This document shows positions 24,362 through 38,894 of a DNA stretch of 64,000 bases, piece after piece. Origin of the DNA: Mobula hypostoma (taxonomy: Eukaryota). How positions within the stretch are numbered: the first letter of the stretch is position 1; each line of letters starts with the position of its first letter. The DNA lies in NCBI RefSeq assembly GCF_963921235.1, contig NC_086097.1:9734001-9798000 (forward strand). Direction: 5' to 3'. The position numbers were made by a program, and so were the translations under genes. The notes beneath the pieces were generated by a model. It did not search any database, was not told the origin of the DNA, and worked only from the letters and a program-made list of their open reading frames with translations.

Positions 24362-25619
24362 AATCACAGGACAATTTACAAAGAACAGTTGAGTTCTTAA
24401 CCGTTATGGCTTTGGACTATGGGAGGCAACCAGAGCACCCAGAAGAGATCCATAAACTCAGAGGAAGTATGGGTACAGACAAACTTCTTACAGATGCTAT
24501 TGAAATTGAGCATAAAACTCTGATGCCCCAAGTTGTAATGGTGTTGCGCTAACCGTCACACTACCATTGTGTCTAATAATTACTGTATTATAATAGCTGC
24601 TAAGCCAGATTTTTTTTTAAGATTAACTTTTGCTTATATGGTGGAAGATTTTGGGAGGTTTGCAGCCTAATCCTGTTGCTGATAAAAGTGAATTTGAGTC
24701 AAGGTGATATATCATCCCAGTGAAGATTTCAGGTCAGAACAGCCCCAACAATTAATGTCTTTTGTTGTACACGAGACTGTGAAAGATGGACTGAGAAAGA
24801 TGAAAGGGGTGAAACTGAGAGAACGTTACAGTTTTATTTTCTACTGAAATACACTATGCTGAGATATAGGACAGAGACCTGATTTGTTATCTGTGGGAAG
24901 ATATATCATAATAAACTTGAGCTTGATGAATTAACAACAGAGGAAGGTTCTGTGTAAGACATAACAGAAGAAACATCATGGCTTTGGAGTGCAGGATCAG
25001 CACATTGAAGTAGATAGTCATGGATTCATGCGTCAAAAAAGTCCGAGGCTCATACAGTACAGACACAGACTCATCAACCCACCATCTCCACCACTATTTT
25101 ATTATTCTCCATCAGTCTCTTTATGGACATACAAGCAATCTATGTATATAAGCTGTCTAATGTATTTATATTTATTGTGTGTATTTTTTAGAATTATAGC
25201 ATTTATTATCTTTTGTGTTTTTTTTGTGCTGCACCAGATCCAGAGAAACAATTACTTCATTCTCCTTACATTTGTGTACAGGAAATGACATTAAACCATC
25301 TTGAATCTTGAATGGTCGTCAGATCTCCCTGCTGATTGCTACCAGATGAACATTATTTGTGATTCACCTGGATGACAGTATTTAAGATCCTTAAGGCTAT
25401 TTAAGCCATTGTACCTCACAGACATCATCTCAGCCAAAAGAAAATATGCTGGGATGTGATGTTATTACCTTTTTATAGTGGGGATCAAGAGACATCTGGC
25501 AAGGTCAATTTTAATAACAAATCCTTAACAGTTATTGAAGTGAATGACTTGCTTTGTTGTTTCAGAAATCCTTGACAAATTAGTTGAAAACTACTGACAA
25601 ACAAATGATGTTCAAAAGA

Positions 25620-26030
25620 ACACAAAAGGAAGAAAGAAGGGAGGAAGAGAGGAGGAAGGTAGGAAGGAGGGAGAAATGAAAGGGGAAGGAGGGAATAGGG
25701 CATGAAGAAATTAAGGAAGCAGGAAGAGAGGGATGAAGGATGGAAGAAGAAAGGAAAGAGGGAGGAAGGGAGGAAGAAGAGCAAAAGGAAGGAAGATGAG
25801 AAGGAGGGAGTACAGAGGGAGGAAGAAGGGAGGGAGAAGGGGAGGAAGGAGAAAGGAAGAAACAATGGAGAGAGGAAGGAAGGAGGAAGGAAGGGAGGAC
25901 TGAAGGAAGGAGGAAAGAGAAGGAAGAGAGGAAGATGCGAGAAACTGAAGAAAAAAGAGGGAAAAAGGAAGAAAGGAATATAGGAAGGAAGGCCGGAAGG
26001 AAAGGAGGAAGGGGAGGATGGAAGAATATG
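25620..26030 (+). repeat. Purine-rich (GGAA/GA) low-complexity tract
   Basis: About 400 bp almost entirely A/G on the + strand. Confidence 0.95.
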
Positions 26031-26094
26031 GATATGTTGATTTGAACAGACTAGGCTATATAACAATGGTAGATTTGATTCTGTAAAGGTAATT

Positions 26095-27530
26095 ATAAGA
26101 CCTGACCAATCAAGAATCCATCAACATCTGCCTTAAATATACTTAAAGACTTGGCATCCACAGCTACAAGTGACAAAAGAAATGGCAGGTTCACCACTCT
26201 CTGCCGAAAGAAATTCCTCATCATCTCTGTTCTAAAAGAACATCCCTCTATTCTGAGGTTGTGTTGTTTGGTCTTAAACTCTCCACATCCACTCTATCAA
26301 AGCCTTTCAGCATTCGATAGGTTTCAATGAGGTCATCCCTCATTCTTCTGAATTCCAGTGAATACAGGCCCTAGCCATCAAATGCCCTTCATATGACAAG
26401 CAGTGCAACCCTGGAATCATTTTTGTGAATCTCCTTTGAACCCACTCCAGTTTTAGTACATCCTTTCGAAGATAAGGGGCCCAAAACTGCTCACAATACT
26501 CCAAGCGAGGCCTCACCAGTGCTTTAAAATGTCTCAACATTACACCCTTGCTTTTACATTCTAATCCTCTTGAAGTGAACTATAACATCACATTTCCTTC
26601 CTCACTACAGCCTCAAATTGCAAATTAACCTGCAAAAGGCCTCTCAAGTCCCTTTGCACCTCAGATTCTTTGTATTTTCTCTCCATTTAGAAAATGGTCA
26701 ACCCTTTTATTTCTTCTACCAAAGTGCATGACCATACACTTCCCAGCAGGGTATTCCATCTGCCATATTTTATCCATTTTCCTAATCTATCCAAGTCATC
26801 CTGTAGCCTCTCTACTTGCTCAGAAGCATCTGCCCTTCCATCTATCTTCATATCATCTACAGGCTTTGCAACAAAGCCACCAATTCCATTATCCAAATGT
26901 AAAAAGAATCGGTCCCAACACAGAACCTTGTGGAACAGCACTAGTCACCGGAGGCCAACCAGAAAAGGCTCCCTTTATTCCCACTCTTTGCCTTCTGCTA
27001 ATCAGCTGCTGCTTTATCCATGCTAAAGTATTTCCTGTAATACTATGGGCTTGCAGCTTAATAAGCAGCCTCACGTGTGGCATCTTGTCAAAGGCCTTCT
27101 GAAATCCAAGTACACAACATCAGCTGATTCTTCTTTGTCTATCATGCTTGTTATTTTATCAAAGAACTCCAACAGAGTTGTCAAGATTTTCCCTTGAGGA
27201 AACCAGGCAGACTACAGCCTATTTTATCATGTGTCTCCAAGTACCCTGAGACCTCATCCTTAATAATTGACTCCAACGTCTTCCCAACCATTGAGTTTAG
27301 ATTAATTGGCCTATAGTTTCCTTTCTTCTGCCTCACTCCCTTCTTGAAGAATGGAGTGGCAGTTGCAACTTTCCAGACTTCTGGAACTATTCCAGAATCT
27401 AGTGGTTCTTAAAAGATCATTACTAGTGGCTCCACAATCTCTTCAGCCATCTCTTTCAGGACTCTGGGGTGTACACCATCTGATCCAGTTTCCCAAGAAC
27501 TTTCTCTCTAGTAATGGTAACTTCAAACAC
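26095..27530 (-). mobile_element. Degenerate CR1 LINE
   Basis: KALVRPRLEYCEQFWAPYLRKD and VTSAVPQGSVLGPILF. Confidence 0.9.
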
Positions 27531-28159
27531 TTCATAATCCCCGAAGCATGTGACTGACTTTGCAGAGTGTGACACAACTCAAGATCAGATACCATCGACT
27601 CTTGCTGACCTTCCAGCACAAACTAAGCGTGTTATTTTCTTTGAGGAAAGTAGCTACCAGGTAGAACAACTCCAAAATGGATAAGACATTGTAGTCATGA
27701 CTAAGACCTGTTTGCTGGCAGAGGATACCAATTATACTGAATTTTCCTTTTGATTTTAGAATGCTGCACATGAATTTTAATTACAATAATAATTCGAAGA
27801 TGTGGGAGAAGCTAGATGAAGGTGGTGTGGAGTGAGTGGTGTAAAATAAAGATGTGTAAAAGCATGGCTGTATATTTAGCTGCCAAAAGCAGTAATATAA
27901 AAGAAAATCAAAGTTTTGCAGAAGGGATGAAGGGGATGTCTGAGCTAGTTTTTAATAGTTGAAATAAAACACAAGATTCTGGATACATTTGTGAAAATTT
28001 AAAAAAGTCATAAGATTTTAAATTGAAGACGCTTCAACAGATGTTGATTTTTAAATACAGAGTGGGCACAAAAGAATACACTCCCAATTAAATGATAAGT
28101 ATCCTTGACCTGTGTTACGCACAGATGTTGTTAACAAAAAATGAGCCCTCCCATTCCCT

Positions 28160-29910
28160 AAGGCCATAAGGTATAGAAGCAGAATTAAGCCATTTGCCCC
28201 ATCGAGTATGCTCCATCATTTCAGCAGAGCTGACCCATCTTCCTCACAGCTTCAATCTCCTGTCTTCTCCCTGTATCCACTCATACCATGACCTATCAAC
28301 AATCTATTAATCTCTGTCTTAAATATACCCTTTGAATTGGCCACCAAAGCTGCCTGTGGCAAAGAATTCCTCAGACTCATTATTCTCTGGCTAAAGAAAT
28401 TCTTTCTCATCTCCATTCTAAATGGACCTTCCTCTGTTCTGAGGCAGTGTACTCTGGTCCTAGACTCCTGCACTATATGAAACATCTTCTCCACATCCAC
28501 TCTATTGTGGTTTTCAACATTTGATAGATTTCAGTGAGTTCCCCTCTCATTCTTCTGAATTCCAGAGAGTACAGGCCCAGAGCCATCAAACACTCCTCAT
28601 ATGATGACACTTTCAATCCCAGAATAATTTTCATGAACTTCCTTTGAACTATCTCGAATTTCAGAACATCCTTACTTAGAAAAGGTGCCCCAAATTGCTC
28701 ATAATTCTCCAAGTGAGGCCTTGCCAGTGCTTTATAAAACCTCAACATTACATCCCAGCTTATATATACTAGTCCTCTCAAAATGAATGCTAACATTCCA
28801 CTTGCCCTCCTCACCACCAACTCAACCTGCAAGTTAATCTCAAGGGAATCCTGAACGAGGGCACCCGAGTCCCTTTGCACCTTAGGTTTTTGAATTTTAT
28901 CTCCATTTAGAAAATAGTCTGCACTTATATTTCTTCTACAAAAGTGCATGACCGTACACTTCCTAACACTGTATTCCATTTGCCACTTCATCCAACGATC
29001 TCCTTAATCCCCATCCCCTACCACCAGACAGAAGGAGAATGAAGACAAGAAACCTAGAAGCATAGAAAACCTACCTCACAATACAGGCCCTTTGGCCCTC
29101 AAAGCTGTGCCAAACAGGCCCTTACCTTAGGATTTACCTAGGGTTAGCTATAACCCTCTATTTTTCTAAGCATGTACCTATCCAGGAGTCTCTTAAAAGA
29201 CCCTATTGTATTCGCCTCCACCACCATTGCTGGCAGCCCATTTTACACACTTCCACTCTCTGCTTAAAAAACTTACCCCTGACATCTCTTCTGTACCTAC
29301 TTCCAAGCATCTTAAAACTGTGCCCTCTCGTGTTAGCCATTTCAGCCCTGGGAAAAAGCCTCTGACTATCCATGGGATCAATGCCTCTCATCATCTTGAA
29401 CAGCTCTATTAAGTCACCTTCTTACCATAGAATCATAGAACATTACAGCACAGAAACAGGCCTTTTGGCCCTTCTTGCCTGTGCTGAACCATTTTTCTGC
29501 CTAGTCCTATTGACCTGCACCTGGACCATATCCCTCCATACACCTCTCATCCACGTACCTGTTCAAGTTTTTCTTAAATGTTAAAAGTGAGCCTGCGTTT
29601 ACCAATTCATCTGGCTGCTCGTTCCACACTTCCACCACTCTCTGTGTGAAGAACCCACCCCCCCCCATGTTCCCTTTAAATTTTTCCCCCTTAACCCATG
29701 TCCTCTGGTTTTTTTCTCCCCCAGCCTCAGTGGCAAAAGCCATCATAATTTTATATACCTCTATCAAATCTCCTCTCATTTTTTTACGCTCCAGGGAATA
29801 AAGTCCGAACCTATTCAACCTTTCTCTGCAACTGAGTTTCTCAAGTCCCGGCAACATCCTTGTAAACCTTCTCTGCACTGTTTCGACCTTGTTAATACCC
29901 TTCCTGTAAT
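28160..29910 (-). mobile_element. Three adjacent CR1 3' fragments (28160-28990, 29055-29420, 29425-29910)
   Basis: Each has CR1 C-terminal motifs (LEFRRMRGEL, NTRGHSFK, LERKKMRGDLIEVYKIM) and its own 3' tail. Confidence 0.85.
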
Positions 29911-30219
29911 TCTTCAGGACAAGAAATGTTAGGATGGAAAACAGCTTCTACACCCAGGCCATGAGGCTACTGAACAATCCGCCACCACCCAGGTATCATC
30001 ATGTATCAAGCCAGAACAGCATTATACTGTTTACTTTTTAACTTGTTACGTAGATGTTCCTTATTATTTGTTAATTTATTTATGGTAATATTACCTTGTG
30101 TTATGTCTCTGAGTTATATGCGTCTTCGTCCAGAAGAATATTGTTTCATTTGGTGGTATACATGTGTATGAATGAATGATGATAACCTTGAATTTGAACT
30201 TGAAAAGAAAGCATGAAAC

Positions 30220-30590
30220 AAGCAATGCACACAAACCTTGCAGGGACTCAGCAGCCCAGGTAGAAACTATGGAAATGAATAAACAGTCAACATTTTGGGC
30301 TGAAACACTTCTTCAGGACTGGAAAGGAAGGGGGAAGAAGACAGAATAAGACGGTGGGGGAAGGGGAAGGAAGATAGCTAGAAGGTGGTAGGTGAAGTCA
30401 GGTAGGTAGGAAATGCAAAGGGCTGGAGGGCTGGAGACAAAGGAATCTGATAGGAGCAGAGGGGGGACCATAGGAGAAAGGGAAGATGGAGGGGACCGGG
30501 GGGGGTGAGGGTGAGGAAGAGGTGATAGGCAGGTAAGAAGAGGTAAGAGGGTAGTTGGGTAATAGAAGAGGGGAAGGAGAGAAGATGAAT
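30220..30590 (-). mobile_element. Penelope-like 3' UTR fragment
   Basis: Reverse complement of the 16950/17450-type UTR; decayed hammerhead at ~30284-30320. Confidence 0.75.
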
Positions 30591-30945
30591 TTGTTAAGAC
30601 GATGATGAGTCATGTCAGTCAAACGGATGGCTATCTTGGTGAAGAGTTTAGCTGTAGAACCGAGGACTGCTACATCCAACCAATTTTACAGTGAGTACTT
30701 GCCAGAGATCTTTGCAAATGATTTGCAGTATATTTCTCTCAAGATAAATGATCAGTAAAAACGAATATAGTTGTTGAAAACCCTAAGGAGCATAAGAATG
30801 CAGCTGTATTATCCTATGTAACTTTTACAAAAATGAGAGAATTACTTTAATATGTGACATGGAAATTATACAAGCATGAAATTTCCTTCCTGGCAATAAC
30901 ATTTAGAAGAGTTCTCATTCTGTAAAGAAATGTCACAACTAATGT

Positions 30946-31192
30946 TCTATAAATGCAAGAGATTATGCAGATACTGGAAATCTAGAGTAACACACACCAA
31001 ATGCTGGAGGAACTCAACAGGTCAGGCAGCCTCTATGGAAAAGAATAAACCGACAGCAATTCAAGCTAAGACCCTTCTTCAGTACAACCAGGGCACTAGT
31101 CTTGATGAAGGGTCTCAGCTTGAAAAGTTGACTCTTTTCTCCCTTTCCGTAGATGCTGCCTGACCTATTGAGTTCTTCCAGCATTGTGGATC
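30946..31192. mobile_element. Penelope-derived foldback mini-element with 15-bp TSD
   Basis: Two inverted PLE 3' ends, each with a decayed hammerhead; TGTCACAACTAATGT (30931-30945) vs TGTCACAATTGATGT (31193-31207). Confidence 0.75.
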
Positions 31193-31324
31193 TGTCACAA
31201 TTGATGTACCGTATCTGGGAACTGCTTCTGTAAATTACACAATGTTCATATCTTCAGGAAGGGTATTTGAAAGATTAACTTTGTTTCTGTTTTTGCAGCT
31301 GTTGACTGACACTCACTGCTGAGT

Positions 31325-32110
31325 AAAGTACAAAGTTCAATGTAAATGCTATTATCAAAGTACATATATATCATCATATACAACTCTGAGATATATGTTC
31401 CTGTAGGCATTATCAGCAAATCTATAGAATAATAATTACAACAGGATCAACAAAATATCATCCAGAGTGCAGAAGATAACAAACTGTGCAAATTCAAATA
31501 TAAGTAAATAGCAATAAATAATGGGAACATGAGATAATAAGTCCTGAAAGTGAGATCATTGGTTGAAGTCACATCTCAATGGATGGGCAAGTAAGTGTAG
31601 TTGTGTTCTTGAACCTGTTGGTGCAAGTCCTACAGCTCTTGCGCCTTTTACCTGATGGCAGCAGTGAGAAAAGAGCATAGCCTGGGTGGTGGCAATCTCT
31701 GATAATAGATGCTGCTTTCCTAGGACAGCATTTCACGTAGATATGTTCAATGGTTACAAGGGATTTAACTGTGATGCACTGGGCCAAAACCACTACCTAT
31801 GGTAGGATTTTCTTTTTGAAGACTTGGTGTTTCCATGACAGGCCATGATGTACCTAGTCAATACACTCTCCACCACATACCTATAGAAGTTTTTCAAAGT
31901 TTTAGATATCATGCCATATCTCTGTAGACTCCTAAGGAAGTAGAGGCACTGACATGCTTTCTTCATAATTGAACTTACGTGTTGCATCCAGGACAGACCC
32001 CCAGAAACAGTAACACCCAGGAATTTAAAGTAGGAATGTTCTCCACCTCGGATCCCCTGATGACTACTGGCCCAGGGACCTCTGATTTCCCTCTCCTGAA
32101 GTCTACAATC
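31325..32110 (-). mobile_element. Rex1/Babar LINE 3' fragment
   Basis: FKFLGVTVSGGLSWMQHVSSIMKKACQCLYFLRSL..FYRYVVESVLT; IIRDCHHPGYALFSLLPSG. Confidence 0.8.
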
Positions 32111-32449
32111 AGTTCTATAATTGCTATTATTTTCAGGATTTTTGTTGAAAAGATTTGACATGATCTGGAATCTACATATCACAGCCTTAGACAATCTCTG
32201 CAGCTTGTCAGACATAATGATAAAAGAAGTTGTAAAGCCGATTTTTAAGGAGGTATTGGATTTCAACATTCATGGAAGTGCAGATGAACAAACCTAATGA
32301 GAAATCTGAATGGAAATTAGTTTAATGCCGAATTGGATCTTGACAGTTACATTGTTTCATTATCTTTTACTTGATGATCAACTACTTTTTTGAATATGGG
32401 AGAAAGCTGAACAAAATCTCTAATCTGGAGTGAAATCCCTCGGATAAAA

Positions 32450-35400
32450 CCATAAGATATAGGACTAGAATTAGGCCATTTGGCCTATTGTGTCTGCTGT
32501 GCCATTTCATCATGGCTGATCCAATTTTCCTCTCAGCCCCAGTCTCCTGTCTTCCCCCTGTATCCCTTCATGCACTGACCAATCCAGAAGCTGTCAACCT
32601 CTGCCTTAAATATACAAGAAGATTTAGCCTCCACAGCTGCCTGTGGCAAAGAATTCAAAAAATTCACCTCTCTCTGGCTGAAGAAATTCCTCCTCGTCTC
32701 TGTTCTAATAGGACACGCCTGTCTTCTGAGGCCATGTCCTCTGGTCCTAGACTGTCCCAGCATTGGAAACATCCTCTCCACAATCAGGCTTTTCACCATT
32801 CCATAGGTTTCAATTAGATCACTCCTCATTCTTCCGAATTCATGAATACAGGCCCAGAGCCATCAAAGAGTCTTCATCTGACAAGCCATTCAATCCTGAA
32901 ATAATTTTTGTGAATCTCCTTTGAACCGTCACCAGTTTCAGCACATCCTTTTTGAGATAAGGGGCTCAAAGCTGCTCATAATACTCAAGCGAGGCCTCAC
33001 CAGTAATTTATAAAGTTTCAACATTACATCCTTGCTTTTACATTCTAGTCTTCTAATGCTAACATTGAGCATAGAAATTTACAGCACATTACAGGCCCTT
33101 CAGCCCACAATGTTGTGCTAACCATGTGATCTACTCTAGAGACTGCCCAGAATTTCCCTAGCACATAGCCCTCTATTTTTCTAAGCTCCATGTACTTATC
33201 TAAGAGGCTCTTAACAGAGCCTATTGTATCCGCTTTCCCCACCGCCTCTGGCAGTGCATTCTACTCTCTGTGTAAAAGACTTAATCCTGACATCCTCTCA
33301 GTAATTATTACCCTGCACTTCAAAACTATGCCCCCTCATGTTAGCCATTTCAACTCTGGGAAAAGGCCTCTGGCTATCCACACAATCAATGCTCCTCATC
33401 ATCTTATACACCTCTATCAGGTCACCTCTCATCCTCCATCGCTTCAAGGAGAAAAGGCCAAGTACATTCAATCTATTCTCATAAGGCACGCCCTCAATCC
33501 AGGCAACACCCTTGTAAATCTCCTCTGCACTCTCTCTAAAATATTCACATCCTTCCTGTAGTGAGGTGACCAGAACTAAACACAGTACTCCAAGTGGTTC
33601 TGACCAAGGTCTCATATAGCGGTAACATTACCTCACGGTTCTTGAATCCATCCCATGGCTGATGAATGCCAACACACCATGCACCCTCTTAACAACACTG
33701 TCAACCCACGCAGCAGCTATGAGTATCCTATCGACACGGACCCCAAGATCTCTCAGAACCTCCACGCTGACAAGAGTTTTACCATTTATATTACATTTTG
33801 TCTTTAAATTGGACCTACCAAAATGAACCATTTTACACTTATCTGGGTTGAAGTCCATCTGCCACTTCTCAGACCAGTTCTGCTTCTTATTAATATCCCA
33901 CTGTAACCTCTGACAACCCTACGGACTATCCACAACATCCCCAACCTTTGTGTCATCAGCAACTTACTAACTCATCCTTCTATCTTGAAGACTCGAACGG
34001 CCAGATTTGGAAACAGCTTCTTTCCAACTGTGATAAGACTGCTGAACGGATCCTGACCCAGATCTGGGCCGTACCCTCCAAATATCCGGACCTACCTCTC
34101 GTTTTTTTTTTTTGCACTACCTTACTTTCCATTTTTCTATTTTCTATTTATGATTTATAATTTGTTTTTAATATTTACTAATTTTTACTATCTTTAATAT
34201 TTAATATTTGTAATCCAGGGAGCAGGAAGCGCAGAATCAAATATCGCTGTGATGATTGTACGTTCCAGTATGAATATTTGGTGACAATAAAGTATAAGGT
34301 AAAGTAAAGTATTTCTTCAGCCAGGTCATTAATAAAAATCATAAAGAGGAGGGGTCCCAGAACAGATCCCTGTGGAACACCACAGGTCACCAACCTCTGC
34401 AAAATACGAACCATCTACAGCCTTCTGTGGCCAAGCCAATTCTGGATCCACAAAGCAAGATCTCTTTGGATCCCATGCATCCTTACATTCTGAAGGTGCC
34501 TTGCATGGGGAACCTTATCAAATGCCTTACTGAAATCCATGTACACTACATCACTGCTCTACCTTCATCAATGTGTTTTGTTACATCCTCAAAGAATTCA
34601 ATCAGGCTCTTAAGGCCTTGATAAAACCATGCTGACAATCCCTAATTAGATTATGTCTCTTGAAATGTTCATAAGTCCTACCTCTTAGGATCTTCTCTGT
34701 GGTGGGAAAGCTGTTGGAAAAGATTCTTAGAGATAGGATCTATGGGCATTTAGAGAATCATGTTCTGATCAGGGACAGTCAGCATGGCTTTGTGAAGGGC
34801 GGATCATGTCTAACATACCTGATAGAGTTCTTTGAGGAGGTGATCAGGCATATAGATGAGAGTAGTGCAGTGGATGTGATCTACATGGATTTTAGCAAGG
34901 CACTTGACAAGACTTATTCAAGAAGTCAGAAGGCATGGGATCCAGGAAAGTTTGGCCAGGTGGTTTCAGAATTGGCTTGCCTGCAGAAAACAGAGGGCCA
35001 TGATGGAGGGCGTACATTTGGATTGAAGGGTTGTGACCAGTGGTAACCCACAAGGATTGGTTCTGGGACCTCTACTTTTCGTGATTTTTATTAACGACCT
35101 GGATGTGGGGGTAGAAGGATGGGTTGGCAAGTTTGCTGATGACACAAAGGTTGGTGGTGTTGTAGATAGTGTAGAGGATTGTTGAAGATTACAGAGAGGC
35201 ATTGATAGGATGCAGAAGTGGGCTGAGAAGTGGCAGATGGAGTTCAACCCGGAGAAGAGAGGTGGTACACTTTGGAAGGACAAACTCCAAGGCAGAGTAC
35301 AAAGTAAATAGCAGGATACTTGTTAGTGTGGAGGAGCAGAGGGATCTGGGGGTACTTGTCCACAGATCCCTGAAAGTTACCTCACAGGTAGATAGGGTAG

Positions 35401-37830
35401 TTAAGAAAGCTTATGGAATGTTAGCTTTCATAAGTCAAGGGATAGAGTTTCAGAGTCGTGGGGTAATGATGCAGCTCTATAAAACTCTGGGTAGGCCACA
35501 TTTGGACTACTGTGTCCAGTTCTGGTCGCCTCACTGTAGAAAGGATGTGGAAGAATTGGAAAGGGGACAGAGGAGACTTACCAGGATGCTGCCTAGTTTA
35601 GAGAGTATCGATTATGATCAGAGATTAAGGGAGCTAGGGCTTTACTCTTTGGAGAGAAGGAGGATGAGAGGAGACATGATAGAGGTATGCAAGATATTAA
35701 GAGGAATAGATAGAGTGGACAGCCAGTGTCTCTTCCACACCGCACCACTGCTCAATACAAGGGGACACGGCTTTAAGGTAAGGGGTGGGAGGTTCAAGGG
35801 GGATATTAGAGGAAGGTTTTTTACTCAGAGAGTGGTTGGTGCGTGGAATGTACTGCCTGAGTCAGTGGTGGAGGCAGATACACTAGTGAAGTTTAAGAGA
35901 CTACTAGACAGGTATATGGAGGAATTTAAGGCGGGAACTTATATGGGAGGCAGGGTATGAGGGTCAGCACGACATTATGGGCCAAAGGGCCTGTACTGTG
36001 CTGTACTGTTCTATGTTCTATGTAACAACTTGCCCACAACTGAAGTAAAACTCACTGGTCTGCTTAACTAGATTTTCTACATACTTTGCACACCATGGTT
36101 CTTTAACCCTACATCCTTTCCCTGCCTCAATGGAATATACCTATGCAGAACTCCATACAAATGTTCCCTAAACATTTGCCACATTTCTACCATACATTTC
36201 CTTGGGAACATCTGCTCCCAATTTATAATCCCAAGTTCCTGCCTAATAGCATCATATTTCCCCCTACCCCAATTAAATGTTTTCCCAAATTGTCAGCTCC
36301 TTTCCCTCTCCAGCGCTCTGATGAAGGAGATAGTTGTGGCCATTACCTCCAAAATGCTCTCCCAGCAAGAAATCTGACATCTGACCAGGTCTCATTTCCC
36401 AATACCAGATCAAGTACAGCCTCTCCTCTAGTTGACTTATGTACATATTGCATCAGGAAACCTTCTTGAACACACCTAACAAACTCCTCCCCATCTAAAC
36501 CCCTTGCTCTGAGGAGATGCCAATCAATATTAGGAAAGTTAAAATCTCCCATCATAACAACACTATTATTATTGCACCATTCTAGAATCTGCCTCCTTAT
36601 CTGCTCCTTGATGTCCCTGTTACTATTGGCGGGGTGGTCTATAAAAAACACACAGTAGAGTTATTGCCCTTTTCCGGTTTCTGACTTCCACCCACACTGT
36701 CTCAGTAGACCATCCCTCCATGACTTCCTCCTTTTCTGCAGCCATGACATTATCCCTAATTAGCAATGTCATGCCCTCACCTCCTTTGCCTTCCTCTCTG
36801 TTCTTTCTGAAACACCAAAAGCCTGGAACACTCAGCACCCTTTTCTGCTCCGGAGACATTCATGTCTCTGTAATGGCCACAATGTCACAGTTCCACGTAT
36901 TGATCCACACTCCAATTTCATCCACCTTGTTCATGATACTCCTTGCATTAAAATAGACACATCTCAAACCTTCAGGCTAAGTGCATCTCGCACAGGAACT
37001 CCCAAGTTCCTTTGCTTCTCTGCTTTTTGTATTTTCTCTCCATTTAGAAAACAGTCAACCCTTTCATTTGCTCTGCCAAAGCTCATGATCATTCATTTCC
37101 AGACACAGTATTCCATCTGCTATTTCTTTGTCTATTTTCCTAATCTGTACAAGTCCATCTGTTGCTTCTCTACCTCCTCAATACTAGCTGACCCTCCACC
37201 TATCTTAATATCATCTTCAAACTTTACAGCAAGACCATCAATTCCATCATCTAAATAATTGAGATATAGCTTAAAAAGTATTTGTCCCAAGACTGGCCCC
37301 TGTGGAACACCACAGGTCACTGGCAGCCAACCAGAAAATGGTCCCTTTATTCCCACTCTTTGCCTCCTGCCAAGCAGCCACTGCTTTATCGATGTTCGAA
37401 CCTTTCCTGTAATAGCATGGGCTTTTAGCTTCGTGCCTCGTGCATGGCAACTTGTCAAAAACCTTCTGAAAATGCAAATACACAACATCAGCCATTTCTC
37501 CTTTGTCTGTTCTGCTTGTTATTTCTTCAAAGAATTCCAACAGTTTTGTCGGGCAAAATTTTTCCTTGAGGAAACCATGCTGACTACAGCCTATTTTTTC
37601 ATGTTCCTCCATGTACTCTGAGACATCATCCTTAATAATCAACACCAACATCTTCCCACCAACTAAGGTCAGACTAACTGGCCTATAGTTTCCTTTCTTC
37701 AGAGTCTCTTCCTTCTTGAAGAGTGGAATGACATTTACAATTTTTTAGTCTTCTGGAACCATTCCAGAATCTAGTAATTCTTGAAAGATCATTACCCATA
37801 CCTCCACAATCTCTTCAGCTACCTTATCTC
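32450..37830 (-). mobile_element. Nested CR1 LINEs: outer copy 32450-33065 plus 36985-37830; inner copy 33065-34697 plus 36023-36985
   Basis: RT motifs GVPQGSVLGPLLF and GVPQGPVLGQILF; APE motifs VMMGDFNFPNIDW and LDLVLGN; segments rejoin collinearly across the insertions. Confidence 0.85.
34698..36022 (+). mobile_element. Comparatively young 5'-truncated CR1 LINE
   Basis: VVGKLLEKILRDRIY..QHGFVKG..VDVIYMDFSKA; ORF 35202..35960 covers the ORF2 C-terminus; (CTATGTT)n tail. Confidence 0.92.
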
Positions 37831-38894
37831 TTCAGATAAAGTAATTTGATTAGCCTGGGGAAAAAATATTTTATTCTGTCAGCTTTCAGTTTCTGACATA
37901 GAAATTCAGATTAATCCTGAATCAATCAGTCACAGGAAGTCTTGTATATCAGGTTTATAACATAGTTATGGTGAGAATTAAAACTATTCTTCAACAAAAA
38001 TATAAAGTGGACTCCAGTGAGTAGCTCACAACCATTGCTTTGCTAAACTTTCATAACCTGATGTATGTGAAATGCCTGCAGCAACTATTAAGTTTTATTT
38101 TCTGCTTAAAATTTATCAAGTGACATGCAACTGCTAGACACATGGACAAGGCTCTGTTACTTTGGGGTGAGGATTCATGTTGGGCTATGCAGCAGTTACA
38201 CAGGGAGTAATTTTCCGTAACCTTTGAAGATTACAGTTTAATCTTTAACTGTCTATGTGGGATGAAGATTAAGAGGCACTGCAGAATCAGTTTACGAATT
38301 ACATGCTCCCTCTGGCCCCTATTATCTCAATGCTACAACATTACAGTACTGCAAAGGTCAACACGCACAATGGACAGAAAATATCCAATATTTTTATTTT
38401 ACTGTTGTGTGGCCTATATCCAATTCTTCCTCTTGAGTTCTTGCTATCATTGACCAAAAAGACAGAGCATTAATGTCTGCTGACTTATTAAAAATGAATG
38501 GTGTGACTTACAATAGGTTTGCTGAATCTTAATCAAAACCATGGACATCTGCACTTCAATTATGTTTTTTTTACATTTATATACAGATGTATATTTTTTC
38601 CAGAATATTTATTGAAGTATCTTTATTGATGCATTTTCATATCAGGTTCAAGCAATAAATTAAATCAATTTGAATTTTATGATTTTATTGTGCAATCATT
38701 ATTTAGATTTAGTTGTACGATAGAATTGAAAGCCATAGTGTTTTAGCATATAACTATATGTTTAATATCCAACAACACTAATTTTGTTGATTATTAAATA
38801 GTCAAGCTTAACCTGGATGTTTAATGATATGCTAATAAATACTGAAAATACCCTAAATAATTATTTCTAATAAAATAATTAAAATAAGCAGTAA

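Noticed and set aside
25485..26066. 193-aa Phe/Ser/Pro/Leu-rich and 93-aa Lys/Glu/Arg-rich ORFs
   Set aside because: By-products of the GA-rich low-complexity tract.
27555..27685. Short open frame DFAECDTTQDQIP...QNG as a host exon
   Set aside because: No recognisable homology and weak splice context; the same applies to open stretches near 30600-30690 and 32135-32300.
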